The position numbers and the translations under genes are program-made. DNA of 44,355 nucleotides from an uncultured Nitrososphaeraceae archaeon (GTDB lineage: Archaea > Thermoproteota > Nitrososphaeria > Nitrososphaerales > Nitrososphaeraceae): the NCBI GenBank assembly GCA_963765895.1, contig CAVXZB010000022.1:1-44355 (forward strand). Direction: 5' to 3'. Position 1 is the first letter of the stretch; each line of letters opens with the position of its first letter. Under the pieces are notes generated by a model, which was given only the letters and a program-made list of their open reading frames with translations, had not been told where the DNA came from and did no database searches. Of the stretch, positions 43,658 to 44,355 are shown in pieces.

Positions 43658-43801
43658 TTACTTATCTGCACCAGCCCCCATTCCTCCACCTGTTGATTCG
43701 ACTTCTTGCTCTTCCAGCTCCTTGTCGACTTTTGACTTTACTTTGGTAATTGGTTTAAGAGTCTCTTTCGTGATATCTTTTTCATCTTGTTGTTCTTCCA
43801 T
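43658..43801 (-). CDS. 47-aa acidic hydrophilic protein (probable start ATG 43801)
   Basis: MEEQQDEKDITKETLKPITKVKSKVDKELEEQEVESTGGGMGAGADK*; TATA-like atataaa upstream. Confidence 0.55.
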   Translation of the reverse strand: MEEQQDEKDITKETLKPITKVKSKVDKELEEQEVESTGGGMGAGADK

Positions 43802-44115
43802 ATTTGTATTAGGGTTACATTTTATATGAAGATCGTTTTTATTGAATCTTATTTTTCTATTCATATTGAGGGCTATATCATCAAGTGCTTTACTGTGCTT
43901 TGCATATCGTGCTGTTCGGCCTATGCGTAAATAGGTGATCTATAAGAACTTGAATTATATTTAAATTCCTATTAATTTGAACAGATTGGCAAAGCCAGTG
44001 TACGGTAATATACCGCACTTTTGCCTCCCTCCCTCTCTTATAAGGACATGTCATATTATTAACATGTCAAGTTGAATATGATTTTGAAGGGATAATTCAG
44101 GGGGTTGAAACAAAG

Positions 44116-44355
44116 ATGATTAGTGGTTTGTTGGAAAAAGGAAAAAGAATAATGATAGTAGATGATGATAGTGATCTTACCTTCACTATCAAGACAGTCT
44201 TAGAGAGATATGGATTTAAATTACATTCTTTTAATAATGCATATTTAGCACTGAGCGCATATAGGTCTAACTTTTATGATCTAGTGATCCTTGACATAAT
44301 CTTGCCAGAGATGAATGGCTTTCAACTATTTAGAGAAATTAAAAGGATTGATAAA
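44116..44355 (+). CDS. Response regulator receiver protein (runs off the window end)
   Basis: KRIMIVDDDSDL...YDLVILDIILPEMNGFQLF. Confidence 0.92.
   Translation, partial: MISGLLEKGKRIMIVDDDSDLTFTIKTVLERYGFKLHSFNNAYLALSAYRSNFYDLVILDIILPEMNGFQLFREIKRIDK

Noticed and set aside
1-44355. tRNA, rRNA, SRP or RNase P genes
   Set aside because: No cloverleaf/T-loop context or long GC-rich structured tract recognised by eye; tRNAscan-SE/Infernal would be needed to exclude them formally.

Overview
AT-rich archaeal DNA, inferred from gene content to be a soil ammonia-oxidising archaeon (Nitrososphaeraceae, Thaumarchaeota). It is an accessory region with many disrupted genes, and I found no rRNA, tRNA or CRISPR array. 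The centre (about 11-30 kb) is a mobile-element hotspot. It holds an IS5-like element with terminal inverted repeats and a nearly complete cryptic integrative element (23.6-30.4 kb). That element has a tyrosine integrase, a wHTH protein and an operon running RHH/CopG -> hairpin -> Zn-finger -> large P-loop protein with iteron-like repeats inside its ORF -> AEP primase fused to a PriX-like domain. The hotspot also holds debris of earlier elements: two more integrase pieces, a second AEP primase, a P4/D5-type primase-helicase tail, a terminase-like tail and a SWIM finger. Two signals stand out. (i) Three related palindromic sites surround a secreted alpha/beta hydrolase gene; two of them share 37 identical bp, including an asymmetric 11-bp core, in inverted orientation. 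(ii) Three different 9-bp-periodic repeat families occur, two tied to replication genes or their remnants. The flanks carry transporters, a class III cyclase, HxlR, ADHs, a DUF4185 fusion protein, a GC-rich cupin, DUF72, an SPFH protein, small hydrophilic proteins and a response regulator cut by the window end. Family calls come from motif recognition by eye, not database searches.
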